Origin: an uncultured Gammaproteobacteria bacterium
GTDB taxonomy: Bacteria; Patescibacteriota; Microgenomatia; UBA8517
Direction: 5' to 3'
NCBI GenBank assembly: GCA_964524515.1
Contig: CAZGEA010000001.1
Location: 169,522-233,521, forward strand
Length of the DNA stretch: 64,000 bases
Shown: positions 56,210-64,000 of the stretch, one piece after another
How the letters are laid out: each line of letters begins with the position of its first letter
Position numbering within the stretch: the first letter of the stretch is position 1
Position numbers and translations under genes: made by a program
The notes under the pieces: generated by a model
What the model was told of the DNA's origin: nothing
The model's input: the letters and a program-made list of their open reading frames with translations, nothing else
Database searches by the model: none

Positions 56210-56839
56210 ATGATAAAACTAATTCTCTTTGATTTTGATGGAACAATAGCTGACACTCTCGGGACAATTGTAAATCTTTACAATAAATTAGCTCCAGAAA
56301 ATAACATGCCAACTGTATCCAATTCACAAGTACAAATTTTGCGAAACCAAAGTGCAAAAGAAATCATTAAGGAATTCAAAATTTCACCAATTAAAATCAT
56401 GTTAATTGGTAATTCCATTCGAAAAGAAGTAAAAGAAAACATTAAAGATATTCCGATATTTGATGGTATTGATCTTTTGTTTAATAATCTTAAAAAGAAA
56501 AATATAAAAATTGGTATATTAACTTCAAACTCAAAAGAAAATGTCGAACTTTTTTTAAAAAACAAAAAAATAAATTCAGTCGATTTTATTCATGGTGAAA
56601 AAAATATTTTTGGAAAAGCAAAAGTAATCGAAAAAGTTATAAAAAATAAACAAATCAGCAAAAATGATGTGATTTATGTGGGTGATGAAGTAAGAGATAT
56701 TGAAAGTGCACATAAAGCCAAAATCAAAATAATCTCTGTTTCGTGGGGTTTTAACTCCAAAAAAAGACTAAAAGCAGCAAATCCTGACTATTTAGTTGAT
56801 AATCCAAATGAAATTTTGAATATTGTTGATATAATCTAA
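56210..56839 (+). CDS. HAD-superfamily hydrolase (phosphoglycolate-phosphatase-like)
   Basis: Motif I LFDFDGT, motif II TSNS, and Lys and DD motifs in the C-terminal half. Confidence 0.75.
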   Translation: MIKLILFDFDGTIADTLGTIVNLYNKLAPENNMPTVSNSQVQILRNQSAKEIIKEFKISPIKIMLIGNSIRKEVKENIKDIPIFDGIDLLFNNLKKKNIKIGILTSNSKENVELFLKNKKINSVDFIHGEKNIFGKAKVIEKVIKNKQISKNDVIYVGDEVRDIESAHKAKIKIISVSWGFNSKKRLKAANPDYLVDNPNEILNIVDII

Positions 56840-56841
56840 GA

Positions 56842-57198
56842 ATGCAAAAAGAATCATTCAAAACAATCGACGAATATATAAAATTATTCCCCAATGATAT
56901 TCAAGATATCTTAAAAAAAATTAGAATAACAATTCAGAATGCTGCACCTGATGCAACGGAGGCAATAAGTTATGGAATGCCCACTTTTAAACTAAATGGT
57001 AATCTAGTGCATTTTGCAGCATGGAAAAACCATATTGGTTTCTATCCTGTCCCATCAGGCTTAGTTCAATTTGAAAAAGAACTTAAAGATTATCCAAAAT
57101 CCAAAGGAGCAGTTCAATTTCCATTTGATAAACCAATTCCATATGAACTTATCAAAAAAATAGTTGAATTTAGAGTTAAGGAAAATTTAAATAAATAG
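56842..57198 (+). CDS. DUF1801 (YdhG-like) domain protein
   Basis: Second DUF1801-like sequence in the window (compare 9631..10023). Confidence 0.55.
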   Translation: MQKESFKTIDEYIKLFPNDIQDILKKIRITIQNAAPDATEAISYGMPTFKLNGNLVHFAAWKNHIGFYPVPSGLVQFEKELKDYPKSKGAVQFPFDKPIPYELIKKIVEFRVKENLNK

Positions 57199-57201
57199 CC
57201 A

Positions 57202-57879
57202 ATGTTGGCTAAAATTATTAAAATAAAAAAAATTGCCCCGAATATTTATTCATATTTCTTAAAACCTGAAAAAAAAATAAATTTTGATCCAGGTTTTTTT
57301 ATTTATATAGAAATTCCAGAAGCAAAAAACTCCGATCCACGAGGTAGTCTTCGAGAATTCAGTATCGACTCATCCCCAACTGAAAATTTTATATCTTTTA
57401 CAACTATTATTCCCAAAAAATCATCCATTTTTAAAAAACATTTAATAAACAAAAAGGAAGGCGATTTTCTAAATTTGGAAAAACCAATGGGAGTATACAG
57501 TTGGCCTCAAAAAGGTCCACATTTATTCATTGCCGGTGGCATTGGAATTACTCCATTTAGATCACGTTTAAAATATAACTTCGACAAAAAAATAAAATCA
57601 GACATAACAGTTTTATATCTTTCAAAAAGTTTAGACCATTCAATCTACGTTAGCGAACTAGAATCTTGGCATTCAGCAAAACATATTAATTTAATAACCC
57701 ACTATTCACAAAACAATGGAAGAATAGACAAAAATATAATCAAAAAATTGACAAACAAATCAACCACACATTGGATAACAGGTTCTCCAAGCTTTGTAGA
57801 TGATTTCGAAAATTATCTTTATAATTTAAAAGTTTCCCAAGAAAGAATTAAAACAGAAAAGTTCACCGGTCTTAAATGA
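57202..57879 (+). CDS. ferredoxin-NADP reductase-like FAD/NAD(P)-binding oxidoreductase
   Basis: FAD-binding RxxS-type motif (REFSIDSS) and NAD-binding GGIGITPF. Confidence 0.55.
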   Translation: MLAKIIKIKKIAPNIYSYFLKPEKKINFDPGFFIYIEIPEAKNSDPRGSLREFSIDSSPTENFISFTTIIPKKSSIFKKHLINKKEGDFLNLEKPMGVYSWPQKGPHLFIAGGIGITPFRSRLKYNFDKKIKSDITVLYLSKSLDHSIYVSELESWHSAKHINLITHYSQNNGRIDKNIIKKLTNKSTTHWITGSPSFVDDFENYLYNLKVSQERIKTEKFTGLK

Positions 57880-57897
57880 TATAATTATTAAGTGCTT

Positions 57898-57968
57898 GCC
57901 CTTTTAGCTTAGTGGCAAAGCAGCGGTATCGTAAACCGTAGACGTCAGTTCGATTCTGACAAAGGGCT
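57898..57968 (+). tRNA. tRNA-Thr (anticodon CGT)
   Basis: Acceptor gcccttt/aaagggc, D-stem gctt/aagc, anticodon stem gcggt/accgt (one G-U pair) with loop atcgtaa, T-stem gtcag/ctgac with loop ttcgatt. TATAAT upstream. Confidence 0.8.
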
Positions 57969-57975
57969 CACAAAT

Positions 57976-58686
57976 ATGCAAACAAGATACTCAAGACTAG
58001 CAAATATAGAAATAAACAAAAATTACAGAAAAAGTGTTTACTATTTTTTCGGAACACTTACTCTTGCATTATTCGTAGTCTTTTTCGGAATTCCACTTGC
58101 ATCTAATGTCGCCTCAATTCTAGATAAAAGTAAATCCAATCAAATAACAAATACTGACAAATTCGCCCCACCTGTTCCAGAAATTAAAGCAATACCAACT
58201 CACACAAAAGATGGCTCAATTACCTTATCAGGAAACACTGAAGGTTCAGCAACAGTAAAAATAAATCTTAATGGTGAGGAAAAAGAAACAGATGCAGATG
58301 ATAATGGTTTATTTTCAATTAACGTTAATCTAAAAGATGGAGAGAATGAAATATATTTTACATCAACTGATCAATCTGGAAATTCAAGTGAAAAAACAAA
58401 AATATTTAAAATTATTAAAGATTCAACACCTCCAGAAATAGAAATAACAACTCCAAAAGATGGCGATACATTCTTTGGCAAAAAAAGTAAAACAATCACT
58501 ATCACTGGAAAAACTGAAAACAACGCCAGTTTAACAATAAACGACAGAAACGAAAAAGTTGATCAAGATGGTAATTTCAATGTTAACTTTACATTAAACG
58601 ATGGTACAAACGATATTGTTATCAAAGTAAAAGATGAAGCAGGAAATGAAACTGAAACATCCCTCACTATTACATTTACCTCATAA
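57976..58686 (+). CDS. membrane-anchored protein with bacterial Ig-like repeat domains
   Basis: N-terminal TM helix. Repeated about 80-aa beta-rich units (TLSGNTEGSATVKINLNG..., ITITGKTENNASLTINDRN...). Confidence 0.4.
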   Translation: MQTRYSRLANIEINKNYRKSVYYFFGTLTLALFVVFFGIPLASNVASILDKSKSNQITNTDKFAPPVPEIKAIPTHTKDGSITLSGNTEGSATVKINLNGEEKETDADDNGLFSINVNLKDGENEIYFTSTDQSGNSSEKTKIFKIIKDSTPPEIEITTPKDGDTFFGKKSKTITITGKTENNASLTINDRNEKVDQDGNFNVNFTLNDGTNDIVIKVKDEAGNETETSLTITFTS

Positions 58687-59832
58687 TTTAAATACTTTTT
58701 TCTTAGTAGAAACTGCAACAATAACCCCTATTAGCACAATAACCCAAGGATAAAATAAAGTATTTGTAAATAAAGAATGAACAAAAACAACTAAAAATAA
58801 TGTTTTAGTTATTACACCCATTCTGGTAACATCAATATTTTTATAAATATTATTTAAATAATAAATATATACAAAAAAACCAATAATCCCAGTCGTTGCA
58901 ATAATAAACAAGAAACTATTATCAAGACCGAAACATGAATTCCCAAGTATAAAAATATTGTCTCTCACAAAACACAAATTATTATAACCAACCCCAAAAA
59001 CAGGATATTTTTTAATTATTTCAAAAGCTTCATTGTAATTTATCGCTTTTGCCAAAACAGAATTAATTCTTAAAAGGTTCACTCCTTCACCACCAGGTTT
59101 AGGCAATGCAAAAATCAAAAATACCGCAAAAAATACAATAGCTATCAAATATTTTTTCTTAACAAATCTAAAAGCTAGGTATAAAAATCCGACTAATAAT
59201 GACAAATAACTACTTCTAGAAAATGTAGCTGCAATTCCAACTAAATAAAATAACACTAAGAAATTCCTTAATACCAATTTTTTTATATTTAAAGAAAAAA
59301 ACAAATTAATTACTAAAATTATTCCGGTATATGCTGGATCAAAAAATGGAAGGGTCAACCGAAAATAATGCTCATCCCAACCTATCATTCTTAAATATCT
59401 CAAATCAGGTAAAAATGTATATTGAATTAACCCAATTAAACCAATTACAAATCCAGAAATATATATAATTTTTACCATTCTTTCTCTTAACAATTCATTT
59501 TTACCAATATAAAAAATCAAACTTTCAACAAACACTAGATAGATAAAAAATCTCAAGAAATACAAAAGTGACTCAATATGAAACCCTAAATATAAAAATG
59601 AAAATAAATAACTAAACAGAAAAACAAAAAAAACACTTTTAAGTCGAAATGTAAATTCTTTTTGATTTAAAATAAAGAAGAATGAAACAAGTAAAACGGA
59701 TAAATCCAATAAATGAAGTCTTAAAAAACTAATTGATGTAAATATACTTAAAAGTTGCCCAAAAGTATAAACAATAAAAGTAAAGGAAACTAATGCTAAA
59801 TATATTTTATTTTTCCTGTTTTGATAAACCAT
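58681..59832 (-). CDS. O-antigen ligase / Wzy-like polymerase family membrane protein
   Basis: About ten TM helices with a central periplasmic loop typical of the Wzy_C family. Sits in a glycan cluster. Confidence 0.5.
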   Translation of the reverse strand: MVYQNRKNKIYLALVSFTFIVYTFGQLLSIFTSISFLRLHLLDLSVLLVSFFFILNQKEFTFRLKSVFFVFLFSYLFSFLYLGFHIESLLYFLRFFIYLVFVESLIFYIGKNELLRERMVKIIYISGFVIGLIGLIQYTFLPDLRYLRMIGWDEHYFRLTLPFFDPAYTGIILVINLFFSLNIKKLVLRNFLVLFYLVGIAATFSRSSYLSLLVGFLYLAFRFVKKKYLIAIVFFAVFLIFALPKPGGEGVNLLRINSVLAKAINYNEAFEIIKKYPVFGVGYNNLCFVRDNIFILGNSCFGLDNSFLFIIATTGIIGFFVYIYYLNNIYKNIDVTRMGVITKTLFLVVFVHSLFTNTLFYPWVIVLIGVIVAVSTKKKVFKL

Positions 59833-60578
59833 AATCTAGTCCAACTCAAAAATGAGTGTAATGACATCATACCAGCATATATTAATCCCTGTATTCCATT
59901 TTTATATCCACCCAAATAAAAAAACATATATAAGAACTTGAATAATGGAAAAAACAAAATTTTCAAATAAATATTATTAGTATTTTTCTTTTCTTGAGAA
60001 TGAATTTTTGAATATTTATCTATATGATCAACAAACAATTCAACTGTTTTGTGTGGAAAATGTAAAAGATTACTTTCAATCTTGCCAACATTTCCATCAA
60101 TCAACCATTTTTCGTGAACTTTACCAATCCATCTACCTGCATTTTTTCTACCCAACCTAATTAGATAAGTATTACCATTATCACCGTACTTATGAACTTC
60201 TTTTGATTTATTCTGCATATAAACCCCCTTCCAGGAATCAATTCTATGTAAAAAATAACCATCAAATAAATCATTTTTTATATTTTGACTAATTTCATTT
60301 TTAAGTGAATCTGTAACAAATTCATCAGAATCAATAAACAAAATCCATTCAAATTTAGCTTTCCCAAGTGCATAATTTCGGGCACGAGAGAAATCATTGT
60401 GTGTGTGATATTTATATAATTTAATTTTATTTTTATTTGCAACAGCAATTATATTGTCATCTGAATAATCATCAATTATTATAATTTCCTTACACCACAA
60501 TAAAGAATTAATTGCCGATTGAACATATTCGCAACTATTAAAAGTCATAATAACTGCAGTAATTTTTTCTTTCATCAT
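59796..60578 (-). CDS. family-2 glycosyltransferase
   Basis: GT-A signature at the N-terminus (VIMTFNSCEYV...IIIDDYSDDN...DSDE). Confidence 0.7.
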   Translation of the reverse strand: MMKEKITAVIMTFNSCEYVQSAINSLLWCKEIIIIDDYSDDNIIAVANKNKIKLYKYHTHNDFSRARNYALGKAKFEWILFIDSDEFVTDSLKNEISQNIKNDLFDGYFLHRIDSWKGVYMQNKSKEVHKYGDNGNTYLIRLGRKNAGRWIGKVHEKWLIDGNVGKIESNLLHFPHKTVELFVDHIDKYSKIHSQEKKNTNNIYLKILFFPLFKFLYMFFYLGGYKNGIQGLIYAGMMSLHSFLSWTRLWFIKTGKIKYI

Positions 60579-61666
60579 TTCTGTACTATTTTTAATATTG
60601 ATTTTGTTAAAATTTTATTATGATTATCCCATGAAAAATAATGTAACTTTCGCTCTTCAATTTTTGATAATTTGAAATTTGAAAACGAAGGTAATACAAA
60701 ATTATCAATTGAATCAGAAATTAACATTTCTTTTGATACTTTTCCAATATTTTCCAAATAGCCACCTTCATTTACAGCCATCACATTCGATCCAGAGGCC
60801 AAAGCTTCAAGTCCCACCATTCCAAAAGGTTCGCTACGTGATAAACAAAAAACACAAATCGATTTTTGATATATGTTTAACAACTTTTTATCAGATACTT
60901 TACTCCCTTTTCTAAATTTAATAACTTTAAAGTTATTACTAAGAAAACCATTATTAATTAATTTTTCTTTTATTTTTAAAAATCTATCCCAACCATTTAT
61001 ATAAATCTCATCCCCCAAAAACAAAAAATACTTTTTATTGACACTTTTCTCATTTTTAAAAAAATCAAAATCAACCCCTGGATAACAAACTATGGATTTT
61101 CTAGCATATTCTTTTTCAACTTTATTACCTATATATTTCGAATTTGTTAATATCAAGTCAGCTAACTTAGCATTTGATGAATCAATATTTTTTCTAATAA
61201 ACCTAGTTAATTTCTCATATAATTTCTTAACTATATTCACCTTCTCCTTAAATTCAAGCTCAGGTTCATAACAAATTCGAAGTAATTCATGACAATAATA
61301 AATACATGGGGTCTTCAGATACTTAATAATATATGGCGCTTGAGTAAAACTATCAGGATGAACAATTACCACATCATATTTTTTTTGATCAATTTTGTAT
61401 GCAATAAACCAAGAAAGAATTGGCAAGTAAACAAACACCAACAAATCATTTAATAATCTTGTCAAAAAAGAGATTCGATATTTAACTTGTGGGAAATTAA
61501 ATAAAAAATAGTTATTTACAATTTTATTAATATTTAAAAAACTATCATCTGTACTTTTATAACAGTACAAATCAACAATATTTTTTTCATTTAATCCCTT
61601 TATTTCATTATACAAAACCCTCTGAGCACCTCCCGGGGGCAAGTTATGAAAAAATGCAATTCTCAT
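60575..61666 (-). CDS. family-4 (group 1) glycosyltransferase
   Basis: C-terminal EPFGMVGLEALASGSNVMA (E..G...EA.A.G.PV-type motif). Confidence 0.65.
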   Translation of the reverse strand: MRIAFFHNLPPGGAQRVLYNEIKGLNEKNIVDLYCYKSTDDSFLNINKIVNNYFLFNFPQVKYRISFLTRLLNDLLVFVYLPILSWFIAYKIDQKKYDVVIVHPDSFTQAPYIIKYLKTPCIYYCHELLRICYEPELEFKEKVNIVKKLYEKLTRFIRKNIDSSNAKLADLILTNSKYIGNKVEKEYARKSIVCYPGVDFDFFKNEKSVNKKYFLFLGDEIYINGWDRFLKIKEKLINNGFLSNNFKVIKFRKGSKVSDKKLLNIYQKSICVFCLSRSEPFGMVGLEALASGSNVMAVNEGGYLENIGKVSKEMLISDSIDNFVLPSFSNFKLSKIEERKLHYFSWDNHNKILTKSILKIVQK

Positions 61667-62517
61667 TAATTTCTAATTCTCAAAATTGAATTGAAGTCAC
61701 TTCCCCAAAATACATTAAGTGGATATTTTTTACTCATCGGATCAAGATAAACAAAAAAATTAAACAATCTATCCTTCCATGAAACAATTGGTTTTAAAAA
61801 TGTTACATTTGTCGATTTAATCTCACCATAAAATCCATTTCTCTCAAATATATTTTTCAAAGAAAAATAGTCAGGCTCATTAACGTGCATAATTTTATGA
61901 GAATCAGTACGAAGTTGGCTCCATTTATAAATATTTCCATAATTATGATTATTCAAAAAATTAGACAAAGAAACCAAAACAGATGAAACTGGATATGTCC
62001 ACAAACGATAGGTCAAATCAATAAATGTTTTACTAGGTGATGTATGTACAAACAAAAAACCATCTTTTTTTAATTTCTTTTTTATTAATTTCAAAACAAT
62101 ATCTTGCTCTTCAGGATACAAGTGTTCCAACACTTCAGTCATATATATCGCATCAAACTTAACTGGAATTTTATCGATTTCCTTTGCATCCATCTGCAAA
62201 AATTTAACTTTTCCCAATATTTGTTTCCTTCGCGCCTTATATGCCTCATTCGCCAATTTTATTGCATCTTTAGAATAATCAATTCCATATCCATTTGCCC
62301 CCAACTCACTTGCCCACAATACTATTTCACCTCTACCACAACCAATATCTAATATATTTTGGCCACTTTTAGGCCATGGCACCTCCTTTGTTATCACATC
62401 AAGTCTTGGCTCCAATTTCTCACCATAATTATTTTTAAATTCATCAAAACCAGTACAATCATTTAGATAATAATCTTTTGTATAATATTTTGGATCAACT
62501 CTTCTAGTTTTCTTCAT
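61666..62517 (-). CDS. class I SAM-dependent methyltransferase
   Basis: Motif I LDIGCGRGE and motif post-I DYS. Also IYMTEVLEHL. Confidence 0.7.
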   Translation of the reverse strand: MKKTRRVDPKYYTKDYYLNDCTGFDEFKNNYGEKLEPRLDVITKEVPWPKSGQNILDIGCGRGEIVLWASELGANGYGIDYSKDAIKLANEAYKARRKQILGKVKFLQMDAKEIDKIPVKFDAIYMTEVLEHLYPEEQDIVLKLIKKKLKKDGFLFVHTSPSKTFIDLTYRLWTYPVSSVLVSLSNFLNNHNYGNIYKWSQLRTDSHKIMHVNEPDYFSLKNIFERNGFYGEIKSTNVTFLKPIVSWKDRLFNFFVYLDPMSKKYPLNVFWGSDFNSILRIRN

Positions 62518-63728
62518 TTAAAAACTTTGTATAAAAAATAAATTACAAATGGTACAGCCACAACTGATCCGGAAATTGCAGAGTATGCAGCTCCCATTAC
62601 ACCAAAATTTCTTATAAAATAAAAAAGAGGCAAAAACAGTCCTAAAATACTCACAAGTGTCACTACAGTTATATATTCTTGTTTTCCAACTGCCAAAAAC
62701 AAAGCAGACGATGATCCAGATATACTCCTCACAACTCCAAAAACTGATAAAACTTTTAAAACAGGAATTGCAGGAATCCAATTTTCACCTAACAGTAAAA
62801 CTGTAATTTCTCTAGCATAAAAATATAAAATTAAACCAAAAGGAATAATTACAATTGAAATAAGAATTGTCGACATTAAATAAGCCCGAAACAATCTCTT
62901 TTTATCATCAGCAAATTTGCTCATTACAGGAAATGTAACTTTAGAAACTACATCAGCAATTTCTGTAATTGGAAAAGAAGAAACAGTATAAGCCATCTGA
63001 TATATTCCCAATGATGTCGTATCAATTAATTTACCAACAGCAATATCATCAGCTCTTTGATACAAATAGTTAAAAATTCCAGCTAAAGTTAGCCATTTAC
63101 CTCGATGTATAACTTTAAAAAATCTCTTCTTCTCAATAATAAACCGTGGTGTAGGTTTTATTAAAAATGACAAAAAAAGTTCAACAAACGCACTAACTAT
63201 CATTCCATAAACAAAACTAATCGGAGATCTGGTTATTAGAGCTGCCGTAATTGAAACCGATATATCAAAAAATAAAATAATATTTCGATAAGAAAACTCT
63301 TTAAAAAACAGAAGATCTTTTTGAAATTTTACAGATGACGGATTAATAAAACCACGAACAATAGGCACTATTGCCATTAAATATAACAAATTAATACTAT
63401 TTGGAGAATTGAAAAAACTAGAAACAAATGGAGTCGCCAAAAACAAAACTAGGCCAATGATAAGACCTCGAATAATTGAAACTACCCAGGCACTATTCAA
63501 ATAGTCATCTGATTTTTTCTTTTCTTGAATCAAGAATACATTAATTCCAGTTTCAGTTAAAATTTCAAAAAATGATAATACTAATGTAGCAATTCCAAAA
63601 ACTCCAAAATCGACAGGTGTTAAAATCCTAGCTAAAATTAATCTTCTAACAAACGACAAACTTCTCGTGCTTCCACGAAGTGCCATCATCCAACCCACAC
63701 CTTTTACTGCTTCATTACGATATCCCAT
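62514..63728 (-). CDS. polysaccharide biosynthesis protein / oligosaccharide flippase (Wzx-like MOP family)
   Basis: Twelve to fourteen TM helices and an N-terminus typical of polysaccharide-biosynthesis flippases. Confidence 0.6.
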   Translation of the reverse strand: MGYRNEAVKGVGWMMALRGSTRSLSFVRRLILARILTPVDFGVFGIATLVLSFFEILTETGINVFLIQEKKKSDDYLNSAWVVSIIRGLIIGLVLFLATPFVSSFFNSPNSINLLYLMAIVPIVRGFINPSSVKFQKDLLFFKEFSYRNIILFFDISVSITAALITRSPISFVYGMIVSAFVELFLSFLIKPTPRFIIEKKRFFKVIHRGKWLTLAGIFNYLYQRADDIAVGKLIDTTSLGIYQMAYTVSSFPITEIADVVSKVTFPVMSKFADDKKRLFRAYLMSTILISIVIIPFGLILYFYAREITVLLLGENWIPAIPVLKVLSVFGVVRSISGSSSALFLAVGKQEYITVVTLVSILGLFLPLFYFIRNFGVMGAAYSAISGSVVAVPFVIYFLYKVFK

Positions 63729-63994
63729 GCTTTATCAATTATACCTCTAAAAAAGCCAATCATTACTGCAAAATCACTTAAAATCTGGATAAGTGGTGTA
63801 AAAATCAAACTTTTACCCAAATCTTCGTCTTTATTTTTATATATTGCATAAAAAATATACAAGAATAATAAAATAATAAACAAATAAAAATCAAAATATA
63901 ATAAAAATATTAATAAAAAATATCTAATATATATAGTTAATATCTTCAAAAAATGAGTATTAAATCTTTGTGTTTTATTCCACAAAATAGTCAT
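63704..63994 (-). CDS. small membrane protein, hypothetical
   Basis: 96 aa with two hydrophobic helices. It is the last gene before the window edge. Confidence 0.3.
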   Translation of the reverse strand: MTILWNKTQRFNTHFLKILTIYIRYFLLIFLLYFDFYLFIILLFLYIFYAIYKNKDEDLGKSLIFTPLIQILSDFAVMIGFFRGIIDKAWDIVMKQ

Positions 63995-64000
63995 ATAACC

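Noticed and set aside
55892-56357. Two minus-strand ORFs (105 aa and 84 aa)
   Set aside because: They overlap tRNA-Gly-CCC and the end of the LysM gene, and they have poor composition.

Overview
This window is a gene-dense, AT-rich stretch of a small bacterial chromosome. The short proteins, the short UvrC without a C-terminal HhH region, and probable leaderless starts suggest a reduced-genome lineage such as CPR/Patescibacteria; that is an inference. There is no rRNA, no CRISPR array and no recombinase. I count six tRNA genes: Pro-TGG, Gly-TCC, His-GTG, Asp-GTC, Gly-CCC and Thr-CGT. The core content includes uvrA/uvrB/uvrC with lexA, dnaE, gatC-gatA-(MFS)-gatB, eno, gpmI, ppsA, ruvC, rplS, secG, polX, htpX and lemA. 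There is also a Zur-znuACB zinc uptake operon and a surface glycan cluster (Wzy-like, GT2, GT4, methyltransferase, flippase) at the right end.

The segment most worth attention is an accessory block at about 1.3-8.0 kb, immediately downstream of tRNA-Gly and tRNA-His. It contains tandem copies of the tRNA-Gly 3' end, an ORF running antisense into tRNA-His, and a phage TerS-like HTH gene. It also carries a tightly packed four-gene cassette: a protein with a HEPN-like Rx4H motif, a membrane-anchored thermonuclease with an Excalibur domain, an ABC/AAA_21-type ATPase carrying an unassigned ~350-aa N-terminal domain, and an HNH nuclease. The ATPase-HNH pair resembles Septu (PtuA/PtuB) defence systems, but the domain order is atypical and the four-gene arrangement may be an undescribed variant. 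The second notable item is a full-length eukaryote-type phosphagen (arginine) kinase at 10.1-11.2 kb. Coordinates for starts are from the ORF track unless the sequence supported an alternative; uncertainties are stated in the evidence.
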